Assembly (NCBI GenBank): GCA_008015855.1
Contig: SSGK01000009.1
Coordinates: forward strand, 1-32,902
Direction: 5' to 3'
Source of the DNA: Candidatus Altimarinota bacterium
GTDB taxonomy: Bacteria; Patescibacteriota; Gracilibacteria; BD1-5; UBA2023
Length of the DNA stretch: 32,902 nucleotides
The notes under the pieces are model-generated. The model saw only the letters and a list, made by a program, of their open reading frames with translations, was not told the DNA's origin and ran no database searches. The translations under genes and the position numbers were made by a program. Each line of letters begins with the position of its first letter. Position 1 is the stretch's first letter. Below, in pieces: positions 19,884-29,344 of the stretch.

Positions 19884-20438
19884 TTAGAATGTAAGAACAA
19901 TGAGTGAGTTACGCGCTCCTGGAACTGGTCCCTTGAGTCCAATAACATTAAGGTTCTTATTTACAAGAACGAGTGGAACATGTTTAAGTGTGATAGTATC
20001 ACAACCCATATGTCCGTGCATCTTTTTACCGAGTTTTGTACGACGTGGCTTACGGTTACCAATAGAACCGAGCGCACGGTGGAATTTAGATCCATGAGAA
20101 GCAGGACCTCCAGAGAAGTTCCAACGCTTCATAGCACCTTGAAAACCTTTACCCTTTGATGTACCAACAAGTTGAACTTGTGCAACATCTTCAAGAACAT
20201 CGAGAGTAATAACATCACCCTTCGATACTGCTTCGAACTTTCCTGTAGCAGGAACTTCACGAAGTGTTTCTTTTTTTCCATCAGTCATACGAAGTACAAC
20301 TGCAGAGTACCCATCATTTTCTACTGTCTTAACTTGTGCAACAGTAATTTCTGGGATTTTTACAAGTGTAACTGGAGTGAATGCACCGTTGTGAATCACT
20401 CGAGTCATTTCCAATTTTTTTCCGAGTATTCCAGCCAT
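19884..20438 (-). CDS. rplC: 50S ribosomal protein L3
   Basis: MAGILGKKLEMTRVIHNGAFTPVTLV...SKGKGFQGAMKRWNFSGGPASHGSKFHRALGSIGNRK... The real start is ATG 20436-20438. The 46-codon upstream extension in the track begins at a TTG that is part of the promoter -35 box. Confidence 0.92.
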   Translation of the reverse strand: MAGILGKKLEMTRVIHNGAFTPVTLVKIPEITVAQVKTVENDGYSAVVLRMTDGKKETLREVPATGKFEAVSKGDVITLDVLEDVAQVQLVGTSKGKGFQGAMKRWNFSGGPASHGSKFHRALGSIGNRKPRRTKLGKKMHGHMGCDTITLKHVPLVLVNKNLNVIGLKGPVPGARNSLIVLTF

Positions 20439-20542
20439 GGTAATGGATTTATAAATATTAAATGAGAGGTTGTTGGTGCTCTCGGGGAACCGAAAGTTTA
20501 CCTGCAACATCACTTTTTCAAACGCGAGAGTTTTATAAAAGT
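20439..20542 (-). promoter_or_regulatory. about 100-nt 5' leader of rplC with complementary segments (possible autoregulatory structure)
   Basis: Minus-strand ACUUUU...AAAAGU (20542-20537 with 20516-20511) encloses CUCUCG (20530-20525). That segment can pair with CGAGAG further downstream (20484-20479), a pseudoknot-like arrangement. Confidence 0.3.
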
Positions 20543-20548
20543 GACGGC

Positions 20549-20576
20549 AGTATATGAAAAGTTCGTTACTTGTCAA
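20549..20576 (-). promoter_or_regulatory. sigma70-type promoter of the ribosomal protein operon
   Basis: Minus strand TTGACA (20576-20571), 16 nt spacer, TATACT (20554-20549), about 105 nt upstream of the rplC ATG. Confidence 0.55.
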
Positions 20577-20641
20577 AACAAAAATATATTATTTGTATTT
20601 TTACTCCATAAATCTAGATGCCATGAAAGTCACCATGTATA

Positions 20642-21562
20642 CTATTTTTGTTCGTTTGATCAAATATCGTCAGAAATGAATGGTTTCGGTCGAGCAAGAT
20701 AGAATCCTTGAAAATAATCAACTCAGAGACCCTTTAATACATTCAACTCATCCTTTGTCTCCACTCATTCAGCAATCACTTCCATATGATTCTTTCTTGC
20801 TCCATAAATAGCAATCTCAAGAAATGTTCGCTTTGCATCACTCTCATCATCATCTCAATCAATTCATTTTACGTATTCTCCCGCTACTTTGAGATAATGG
20901 AATCCTTTTCCGGTTAATCGATGTATGCCTGATTCTCCCGTTCAAAAATCATCCACTGCAATCTTATTTCCAAATTCCCTAAGTTGTTTGAGGGTTTGAA
21001 CTGCCTGAGGGTGTGTAATATTGCGAATTCTCTCTAAAATCTCAAAAATAAATTGATCTGGATGGAGTGAAAAACGAAAACAAACCCCTTTTATAAACTC
21101 AACAAACGTCTCATCGATAAGATCCTGTTGTGTAATATTGAAAGAAAGTTCATGAAATGTTCCACTCACAGCAGCAGCTCCTCTGGTTATCATCTCTCTC
21201 GTAAGCCTCCTTTGGAGTCAGAGCGATTCAACGGCTCATAAAAAATATCATGGATAGAGTGTTTCGTGTGTGTCCGGATGAACAATGCGTGCCAGTACTT
21301 CAAATTTTCTTGGAAAACTACTCAAGAGAGTACTTCGAAATATTTCCTGAAATTCAGGAAATACTAGATTTCTCTCAAATGCCTTCTCTACAATTTTTTG
21401 TGTTTCAAGATTCACGCGATATTCATCCGTCTTTTTTTCATGTCGTAATCTTTGAATACCATCGTAGGCACGAATAATGGTTTCATTCGCGTCTGAGACA
21501 TGTTCTGTAATAGATGTAGAAAAAGTCAGTGGAATCTTTTCATCGGAAAGATGAAACTCCAT
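20642..21562 (-). CDS. C-terminal GGDEF remnant + EAL-domain c-di-GMP phosphodiesterase segment (downstream part of a frame-disrupted PAS-GGDEF-EAL gene)
   Basis: Track ORFs 21248..21562 and 20942..21193 are in frame under table 25. EAL-family landmarks: FEVLARIVHPD, YP-G-YFLGAVESLGL, LSFNITQQDL, IFEILERI, KIAVDDF-G(TGA 20942-20944)-TGESG, FHYLKVAGEYV, VIAEGVETKDELNVLKGLGVDYFQGFYLARP. TAG stop at 20642-20644. ATG 21560-21562 is provisional because the frame stays open upstream to 21638. Confidence 0.7.
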
Positions 21563-21576
21563 TTTTTCAATTCACC

Positions 21577-22512
21577 CTATAATATCACGCTTTCAGGAAT
21601 ATGCGGAAAAACAATTCAAAAATCAACTCAGTCCAATTTATATACCGTTCCATCTAATGCCGACACAATTTGTGGTAACCGTGAAGAAATTTGCTTTAGG
21701 ATATCATCTCCTCCGATACTTCCATGCTGAGAATCGGTATGAAATTTTGACATTCCATCCGCATGAACCAATACAAACAATTGATGTTCTTTTTTCTTCA
21801 AATCCTCAAGAAGGGCGGTCTTTCCAGGAAGTCCTGTGATAGGATCCAATCGTCGCTCTCTATATGCCTCTTCCCGTTCTTTCAATGCCCTTTCTTCTGT
21901 AATGTTCTGCCGAATTACCAAGTACTGAAAAATATGACCACTCATATCATAAATTGGCTGCACAATAGTATGAAGCCAGAAATGTTCTCCATTTTTTCGT
22001 TTATTACAGATATCCCCTATCCATATTTCTCACGACTGTATCGTAGCATAAAAATTTTTCCAAAAATCCTCGGTATGAACTCAGGAATTAAATAATCGTG
22101 TATGAACTCCTTGTAATTCAGAAAGAGAGTATCCTGATAATTCTGCCATTTTCTCATTGGCATCCAAAATATATCCATGAGGCGAAACATGGATCATAAC
22201 TGTATTCTTTCGTATTGCATTCACCAGAGTAGAGAGCCCTTGTATTATTTGATCTTTTCGGAGACTTCCAATAATAGCTTCTGATATATTTTCAATTAAA
22301 TCCGATATACATCATGGAATATCCTTATCATGACCATCAATTATTTTCCCTTCAGTGAGCATAATAAGTCGCGAAAGCGTACGAAAAATAGCTGAATCAA
22401 CGGGAATTGATGATTGTTCTATCTTCCCCTGTAATGAATTACCTATTTGATTTTGCATTCTATAAAGAGAAACTATCCATAAAGTGAATACTGTATACAG
22501 GGAAACCCACAT
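21577..22512 (-). CDS. membrane-anchored PAS + N-terminal part of a degenerate GGDEF domain (upstream part of the frame-disrupted gene)
   Basis: ATG at 22510-22512. N-terminal hydrophobic WVSLYTVFTLWIVSLY, then PAS-like VMIHVSPHGYILDANEKMAELSGYSLSELQG...KRKNGEHFWLHTIVQPIYDMSGHIFQYLVIRQNITEERALKE, then LDPITGLPGK...HADGMSKFHTDSQHGSIGGDDILKQISSRL...VYKLD-G-VDF-G-IVFP (DGVDF replaces GGDEF). It ends at TAG 21577-21579 in a different frame from the EAL part. Confidence 0.7.
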
Positions 22513-22537
22513 AATGTCAAATTTATTTTATAAATTA

Positions 22538-22567
22538 TTGACAATACAAAAAAGGAAATAATATACA
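22538..22567 (+). promoter_or_regulatory. candidate promoter for tlyA
   Basis: TTGACA at 22538-22543, 18 nt spacer, TATACA at 22562-22567. It ends 4 nt before ATG 22572, so the mRNA would be leaderless or nearly so. Confidence 0.35.
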
Positions 22568-22571
22568 CTGT

Positions 22572-23291
22572 ATGCGCCTTGATATATTTCTCAGTACAAA
22601 AAATTCCATTTCCCGAAACAGAGCACAGTTTATTATCCAAGAATGACTCGTGTCTGTAAATAATACCATTATTACAAAGTCTTCATTTCCCATAAACGAA
22701 TGAGATACTATTGTTGTGCGGGAAGATAAAAAAGCACTCTGGGTTTCCCGAAGTGCGGTAAAGCTCGCTGACTATCTTGAAACATATCCTATTCCTATTC
22801 ATGGAAAGAAATGCCTCGATATTGGAGCATCCACCGGAGGATTCACCCAGGTGCTCCTCAGTCATCAGGCCGATTCGATCGTTGCCATTGATGTGGGAAG
22901 TTCACAACTCCATCCAACACTCAAGAATATACCAAATATTATATCACTCGAAAATACAGACATACGATCCTATCAATCAGATACCTCTTTTGATATCATT
23001 GTCACGGACGTATCATTCATTTCTCTCAAACAAATTATCCCAAGCATTTATCAACTCTCAACTCCTTCCACCCAAATCATCCTTCTCTTTAAGCCTCAAT
23101 TTGAAGTAGGAAAGAATAATCTAAAGAAAACGGGGGTTCCAAAAAATGAAGCCGTCATCCAATCATGCCTTCTCGATTTTCAAAGATGGATCCAAGGAGA
23201 GTGATTGAGTATTCTACAAACAGTTCCTTCCACTCTCAAATGAGAAGCCTGAAACCAAGAATACATTATTCACTGCACAAAAAACATCTAG
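22572..23291 (+). CDS. tlyA: TlyA-family rRNA 2'-O-methyltransferase (S4 domain + FtsJ-like methyltransferase)
   Basis: MRLDIFLSTKNSISRNRAQFIIQE-G-LVSVNNTIITKSS (S4-like), CLDIGASTGGFTQVLL (SAM site), DVSFISL, and C-terminal PSTLK-G-EA-G-NQEYIIH after reading three TGA as Gly. TAG stop at 23289-23291; 239 aa. The track shows only 22716..23204. Confidence 0.9.
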
Positions 23292-23351
23292 TTGCAAAAT
23301 AGATGGATTCTATATAATTCACCCATTCTCTATATTATAAGGTATATTTCT

Positions 23352-24125
23352 ATGGGACGATGACCGGTTGTAGCTGGAAAAAAAGAAGCCTCTGCTCAAG
23401 CAAGAGCGAAAGTATTTACGATTCACGCAAAACTCATAAGCCTCGCTGCTGCAGGAGGAGTTGATCCAAGTCTGAATTCGACACTCGCAGATGCGATTGC
23501 AAATGCTCGAAAAGAAAGTGTTCCAAACGATATTATTGATCGTGCCATCAAGCGTTGAGGTGGTCTCGATAAGGATTCAAAGCAAGTGGAAGAAATCTAC
23601 TATGAATGATATGCTCCTGGATGAGTAGGAGTTATTATTCGTGCCCTTACTGACAATAAGAACCGAACCGCTCCGAATATTCGTCATATTTTTTCAGCAT
23701 ACGGATGAAGCATGGGAGAAACTGGATCGGTTTCAAACTTTCTCTTTGATTATCGAGGAATTATCCTCTTGAATATTGCCGATAAATCCGTTGATACACT
23801 CGAAGAACATATCATGGAAACATCAGCAATTGATTACAGTATTCTCGACTCTCAGGTAGAAATTATTACTGATAAAGCTCATTTTCTGGAAACCAAGAAA
23901 ACACTCGAATGATTCGGATATGAAATTATATCAGCTGGGCTCGGATATAAAGCAAAAAATTATATCGAGGTATCCGATTTTGACAAAGCATTGAAAATAT
24001 ATAAAATGCTTGAAGACTTCGGAAATGATGAAGATGTAGAATGAGTATGGAATAATGCAGATATTAATAATACTCTTTGGCAAGAAGTTGCAGAACACAT
24101 CGAATCACATCGATTCCGTACATAA
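23352..24125 (+). CDS. yebC: YebC/PmpR-family transcriptional regulator
   Basis: ...AKVFTIHAKLISLAAAGGVDPSLNSTLADAIANARKESVPNDIIDRAIKR-G-GG...[51 protein letters not shown]. Strong family match once TGA = Gly. ATG at 23352, TAA at 24123-24125. Confidence 0.9.
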
Positions 24126-24151
24126 TACCCTTTTTTCTTAAATTTGCCCCT

Positions 24152-24574
24152 ATGGCAGAAGAACAAACAATCCAAGATGGTTCATCATCTGGACAATCAC
24201 AAAAAATAGACAACACCTTGATTCTTGAGAGAGTTCATATTCATCCCCTCACCTCTTTTGATGAGGCAAACTTTATTGACCTTCTCGAACATTCCCTCTC
24301 ACTTTCAACTTTTGAAAAAAAACGCGTTATTGATGCGGTGCCAAATCTTTCACAATTTCAGATTGATGAACTCATTAAGGTATTTGAAGATGAACGAATT
24401 GAATTTAGAAAACTTATGCCAACAGAAGGAGAAACTATTAAAGGACTCGTTATGAAGGCGCGAAATGAATGGGAACAACTCAAAGTAATCTATATAGAAG
24501 AGACGAAACAACAATCAACTCAAAGCGAGGAGCAGAAGAAAATTGATGAAATGAGAAAAAATCTCTGAATTTAA
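24152..24574 (+). CDS. hypothetical protein, 140 aa
   Basis: ATG 24152-24154 gives MAEEQTIQDGSSSGQSQK... The TTG at 24077 used by the track overlaps yebC. The last TGA (24566-24568) is read through to TAA 24572-24574. No motif recognised. Confidence 0.6.
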
Positions 24575-24611
24575 TACTAAAACAAAAACCATACCAAGTT
24601 TTTTCATTCCT

Positions 24612-25466
24612 ATGTATATCCACGTTATCCCCCTTGAACATTCTCTGGATACAGATATCCTCACATACCTTTGTCCAAAGGTATTTTATGAATTTATACA
24701 CCAATGATCTCTGGTCGAGATTCCAATCGGAAATCATCTTTGTCACTGAATAGTGGCAAATCTGGAAGTGGGAATCCCAGAAAATATAAATCCTGAAAAT
24801 ATCCGATCGATTGTTCAGGTGATATCCAGTATCCCTCTTCTCTCCCCTTACCAGATTGCTACTATCCCGGCTATTGCGAAGCATTTCTTGATCCCTATTC
24901 ACAAGATTGCTAATCTTTTTCTTCCCAAGAGTCATATATCTTCCCTCGAGAAAAAAAATTTTCTCCCCCTCAAAAACATAGAACCATCAGACACTCAAAA
25001 ATGAGCCAAAGGAAAACTCTATTTTTCATCGAAAAGCATTATTACAGCTCCCCTTCTTGAAAAAATACTCACTCCGTCATTCGCTCTCATATTTCCAGAT
25101 GATATATTTCTTGATGCATTTCTCAAAGAAACAACCATAAAAGCAGACGATTCTATTATTGTACGATGAAATTCTACACCAACAAAAAAAACAAAGGCTT
25201 GGATCGATGCCTATAACGGAGAAAAGAAAATTATTCTTTGAACAAGAAAAATTCTTTATTATAATCTCGCCGCATTTGATACGCTTTACTATATAGAAGA
25301 TGCCTTCTATAAAACTACATTTCAATACCCAAACACCCTATGACATCTTGATATTTTAGACATACTCCTCTCTCAAGGAAATAAAAATATCTCAATAGTC
25401 TCAAGTGTTCCAAGTTCTCATGCATTTTCCCTTATAAAAAAGGATTTTGCACTTATCAATATCTAA
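24612..25466 (+). CDS. hypothetical protein with PriA (primosomal protein N') N-terminal-like region, no helicase motifs (284 aa)
   Basis: MYIHVIPLEHSLDTDILTYLCPKVFYEFIHQ-G-SLVEIPIGNHLCH-G-IVANLE... resembles the PriA 3'-DNA-binding N-terminus (v.V.p....l.Y.vP......G..V.VPfg.....G.V). No GxGKT Walker A or DExH follows. ATG at 24612, TAA at 25464-25466, several in-frame TGA. Confidence 0.5.
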
Positions 25467-25475
25467 GATTCCATC

Positions 25476-27782
25476 ATGAACTTTCTCGAAAAACTCTTCT
25501 ACCAACTCGAAAGACACTATTCGCACCTCAATCGAATTACGGTTATTTGGTATTTTGCCATCTGACTCGAGATTCTTCTTGTTGGAACCACATTTTGATA
25601 TACTATCCACGATCATACCTATTATAAAGAACTCGCTGATAAACAACAAACCATGACAATACGAAATCCCGTATCTCGTGGTTCTATCTATTCGATTGAA
25701 ACAAATGGGACGCCAAAGTGAGTTTTTGCAGTAAGTACGGATCTCTGAGATCTTGCCATCTGACCAAAGGAGATTGGTTCAAAAACAAAATTAGAAGATT
25801 TCTTAACGGATATTCTTTTTTCAGAATTCTGTAATGAAGGAGGTTCACGATGTCTCGAACGTGTGGGAAAGTATATTCGAGAGGATTTAATAGAACGAGA
25901 GCAGATGACGGTAACGGAAATTCGTGAGAAACTAAAAACCTACTTGCATGATAAAATCAATAAACCCTACATTGATTTCGTACTCGTTGCCGAACATGTT
26001 ACCATAGAAGCAACCCGAGAAATTCAAGCATGGAAAGAACCCAGTCTCTCATTCATTCTTGATAATCTCTATGTCGATCCAACGATTGTACTCAATCCTG
26101 ATGCACTGGCAGCAAAGTTATCAGAAAAGCTTGGTATTACACTCGAAGCAGCACAGTGAAAACTCGAAAAACGAGCACCACAATACCTGAAGGTCCTCCA
26201 AAAGATGAGTATTAATACGCGAGATCGCATTAATGAACGTATTGCCAATGAAAAACTCGCGATAAAAAAATGAGAACTTACACCAGAAGAAAGTATCTAT
26301 CAATTTTTTATTCTCGAATCACACCCAACTCGATTCTACCCAGAACGAACTATCGGAGGTCAGATTATGGGATTTATGGATAATAATAACATTGGGCGTT
26401 ATGGAGTAGAAGGATACTTCGATGAAGAATTACAATGAAAAAACTTTGTACAAAAGGTAAAAAAGGATAATTCATGACGAACGATTGATTCCGAAAATCT
26501 GACCGAGTTTGAGACGAAAAATGGAATCGATATCGTTCTCACTATCGATAGAAATATTCAAAAAGAGCTCTCTGCAAAACTTGCAAAATCCGTAAAGGAT
26601 CACAGAGCGAATAAAGGAAGCATCATCGTTATGAATCCAAAAACGGGTGCAATTGAGGCAATGGTAAACTATCCAGATTACGATCCAAATGAATTCGCAT
26701 GAGTATATGATATGGAAAAACTTTCCTATGCTCGATATGCAAATCCTGGATTTGATCTCCTATGAGTTCCATTATTTGTGGAAGATACGAAAAGTGGAAC
26801 CCTCGATACGGTAATCGATGGAAAAAATATCCAACTCCGCAAGGCAACCGAATTCGAAATAAATACACGAGCCATTCCAAAGTATAAGTATAAAAATCTT
26901 TTTGGTCCTGGTGTGTATGTAAATGATATCGTTGGCTCACTCTATGAACCAGGGTCGGTATTTAAGGCTATCACCACTGCCATTGGATTAGATACTGGAG
27001 AAATTAATCCAACCGATGTTTACTATGATAAATGATACGTTGAAATTGATCGCTTTAAGATTAAAAACGTAGCAAGCCAATGTACTGGAAGACACTCTTA
27101 TATTCACGCCCTCAATTGGTCGTGTAATACAGGAATGATTGATATCGTTCAAAAAATCGGAAAATCCCTCTTCCATAAATATATTCATGACTTCTGATTT
27201 GGATCAAAGTCAAATATTACGCTTGAATGAGAAGTTTTCGCAAAAATTGACCCGTATGAAAAATGGTCACGCACCCAGTTCTTTACGATGTCATTTTGAC
27301 ACGGTATCAATGTAACTCAGCTTCAGATGGCGGCAGCATACGCTGTACTCGCGAATGGGGGTATATATATGCAACCATACATCGTTGATAAAATAACCTA
27401 TCCGGATGGTCGTGTTGTTGAGACAAATCCGCTCCCCCTCCGTCGAGTTATTAAAGAAGAGACTTCCAAGAAAATTACAGCTATGCTTGTTGACTGAGTG
27501 CGGCATGGTTTTGCAAAGGCAGGATGAGTTCCTGGATACGACGTTGCCGGAAAAACTGGTACCTCACAAATAGCAAGCAAGGGATGATATGAAATTGGTG
27601 CAGCCGGACACACGATTACTTCCTATGGTTGATTTGGGCCGGCAAGCAATCCTCGTTTCGTACTTATTGTTCGTCTCGAACGTCCAAGAAGTGCTATGTA
27701 TGCCGAAACAACCACTTCGGCACTCTTCTGAGAAACAGCAGAATACCTCCTTAATTATTATAAGATACCAAAAAACCAATAA
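25476..27782 (+). CDS. class B penicillin-binding protein (FtsI/PBP2-type peptidoglycan D,D-transpeptidase), 768 aa
   Basis: N-terminal TM ITVIWYFAIGLEILLVG; transpeptidase motifs EPGSVFK (SxxK), NWSCN (SxN), AGKTGTSQ (KTG). Track fragments 25863..26159 and 26778..27035 are in frame and joined through many TGA. TAA stop at 27780-27782. Confidence 0.9.
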
Positions 27783-27862
27783 GTAAAGGTGAGATTATTG
27801 CAAAAGAAAAAAGTCTCTGGTACCATGTATAAGCAAATAAAAATATATCTCAAAAATAGCTT

Positions 27863-28999
27863 ATGCATAACCAATCAGATTCTCTTTTTGACCCTCTCGC
27901 TCAACTTGATGAACTCCTTTCCGAAACAAATACAAATATCGAAGCTGCTTCTCAGTCTTTTATTGCAAAACTTTCAGAAGGAAAAGAAATTTCATACAGC
28001 ACCCCCCTCAATATTCAAGAAGAGATTCCCCAAGCTCCTATAAAAACTCACGAGGAAACATGCAATGATTCATTCATTATACAGGATACTCTTGAATCCA
28101 ATGATGAGGAAACAAACGATACTCCTGAGTTCATTTCTTTTGAAGAAACGATAGAAAAACCTACTCCAAAAAAGCAATCATCACAATTTCTTGGTGTGAT
28201 TCGATTCGGTTTTACTTACCTTCTTACAACCGGAGCGGTATTCTGAGTACTCATTTTTACACTCAACTTTAGTGCATACTCAACGATTATTCATTCATAC
28301 TTCAATCCTGAGTTTGCCAAGGAGTCAGCAGATCAAATTAAAACCATTATTGATTCTTCAAAAATTGCAGTGTATGCGAATGAGATAGAAGATTCTGGAA
28401 AAAAAGAAGAGGAACTCGCAAATGTAAAAAATAGCCTGGTTGAAACAACCGGTGAGCTTCCAAAGGAATCAGTATATGATCCTGAGGTACTTCTTCGAGG
28501 AACCGAAACTTCTCCACAGGTTCGTTTTGATATCATTCCTTATGAAAATCGCATCGTTATACCAAAGATTGGAAAAAATATTCCGCTCGTAGACGTAGCG
28601 GTTGATCAAGAATTTGACTTTGATCACATGGAGAATATCTTTATGAAGGAACTTGAAAAATGAGTGGTTCGATATCCAGGGACGGCACGTCCTGGAGAAC
28701 TCGGAAATGCTTTCATTTTTGGGCACAGCTCCAATTATCCTTGGATTAAATGAGAATACAATGATGTATTTGCACTCCTTGATAATCTCGACTATGGGGA
28801 TGAAATCATCGTATATTACAATCAAAAGAAGTTCGTATATACGGTAAATGAAAAACAAGTAGTTCGTCCTGGAAATGTAAAAGTACTCGAACGTGATGAA
28901 ACAAAAAAGGAACTCTCCCTTATGACATGTTGGCCAGTAGGAACCACTCTCAATCGTATGATTGTGTTTGCAGAACTCACAGAAACCAGTAATCAATAA
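27863..28999 (+). CDS. sortase-family transpeptidase with long acidic N-terminal region and TM anchor (378 aa)
   Basis: Track ORFs 27863..28246 and 28370..28663 are in frame. TM FLGVIRFGFTYLLTTGAVF-G-VLIFTL; catalytic-domain landmarks GNAFIFGHSSN (His) and ELSLMTCWPVGT (TLxTC-type Cys), then a downstream Arg (LNRMIV). TAA stop at 28997-28999. Confidence 0.85.
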
Positions 29000-29010
29000 T
29001 ACTCTCTCGT

Positions 29011-29289
29011 ATGAATACAGATATCGTTTTCCTCTATAACATCAATAACCTGCAAGCATATTCGTTTGGAGGGAGCCCTATCGAGTATGCAGGACTTGTT
29101 TCCTGTATCATATTCATCTATGTGGTATATATTCTCATACCCTATCTCGAAGGATACTTTCGAACAGAAAAAGAACGTACGGAACAACTTCAAAAAAGAG
29201 CTACGATTCAAGAATTGATTATGATGAAGGATATACAAGCAGAACTCGAACAAGAAATGCAAGATGGTATGCTCAAAAGATCAACATAA
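29011..29289 (+). CDS. small membrane protein, 92 aa, hypothetical
   Basis: Intact ORF under either code. One hydrophobic helix (AGLVSCIIFIYVVYILIPYL) and a charged helical tail. A strong terminator follows directly. Confidence 0.6.
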   Translation: MNTDIVFLYNINNLQAYSFGGSPIEYAGLVSCIIFIYVVYILIPYLEGYFRTEKERTEQLQKRATIQELIMMKDIQAELEQEMQDGMLKRST

Positions 29290-29290
29290 T

Positions 29291-29324
29291 AAAAAATCCC
29301 CTCGGATATCCGAGGGGATTTTTT
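29291..29324. terminator. bidirectional rho-independent terminator between convergent genes
   Basis: aaaaaATCCCCTCGGatatCCGAGGGGATtttttt: a perfect 10-bp GC-rich stem flanked by A6 and T6, between stops 29287-29289 (+) and 29345-29347 (-). Confidence 0.85.
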
Positions 29325-29344
29325 ATGTTCTAATCTTACGTTCA

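Noticed and set aside
20439-20576. 46-codon N-terminal extension of L3 suggested by track ORF 19884..20576.
   Set aside because: It starts at a TTG that is the -35 TTGACA box, its sequence is not L3-like, and the canonical MAGILGKK start occurs at 20438.
21570-21585. Programmed -1 ribosomal frameshift joining the two halves of the GGDEF-EAL gene.
   Set aside because: There is no slippery X XXY YYZ heptamer and no obvious downstream stimulatory structure at the junction. An indel or assembly error is more parsimonious.
28469-28996. Minus-strand 175-aa ORF, and 24480..24935 (151 aa) and 25077..25649 fragments.
   Set aside because: They are antisense to the sortase, the PriA-like gene and the PBP respectively, with no motifs. 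The plus-strand readings give clear catalytic signatures.
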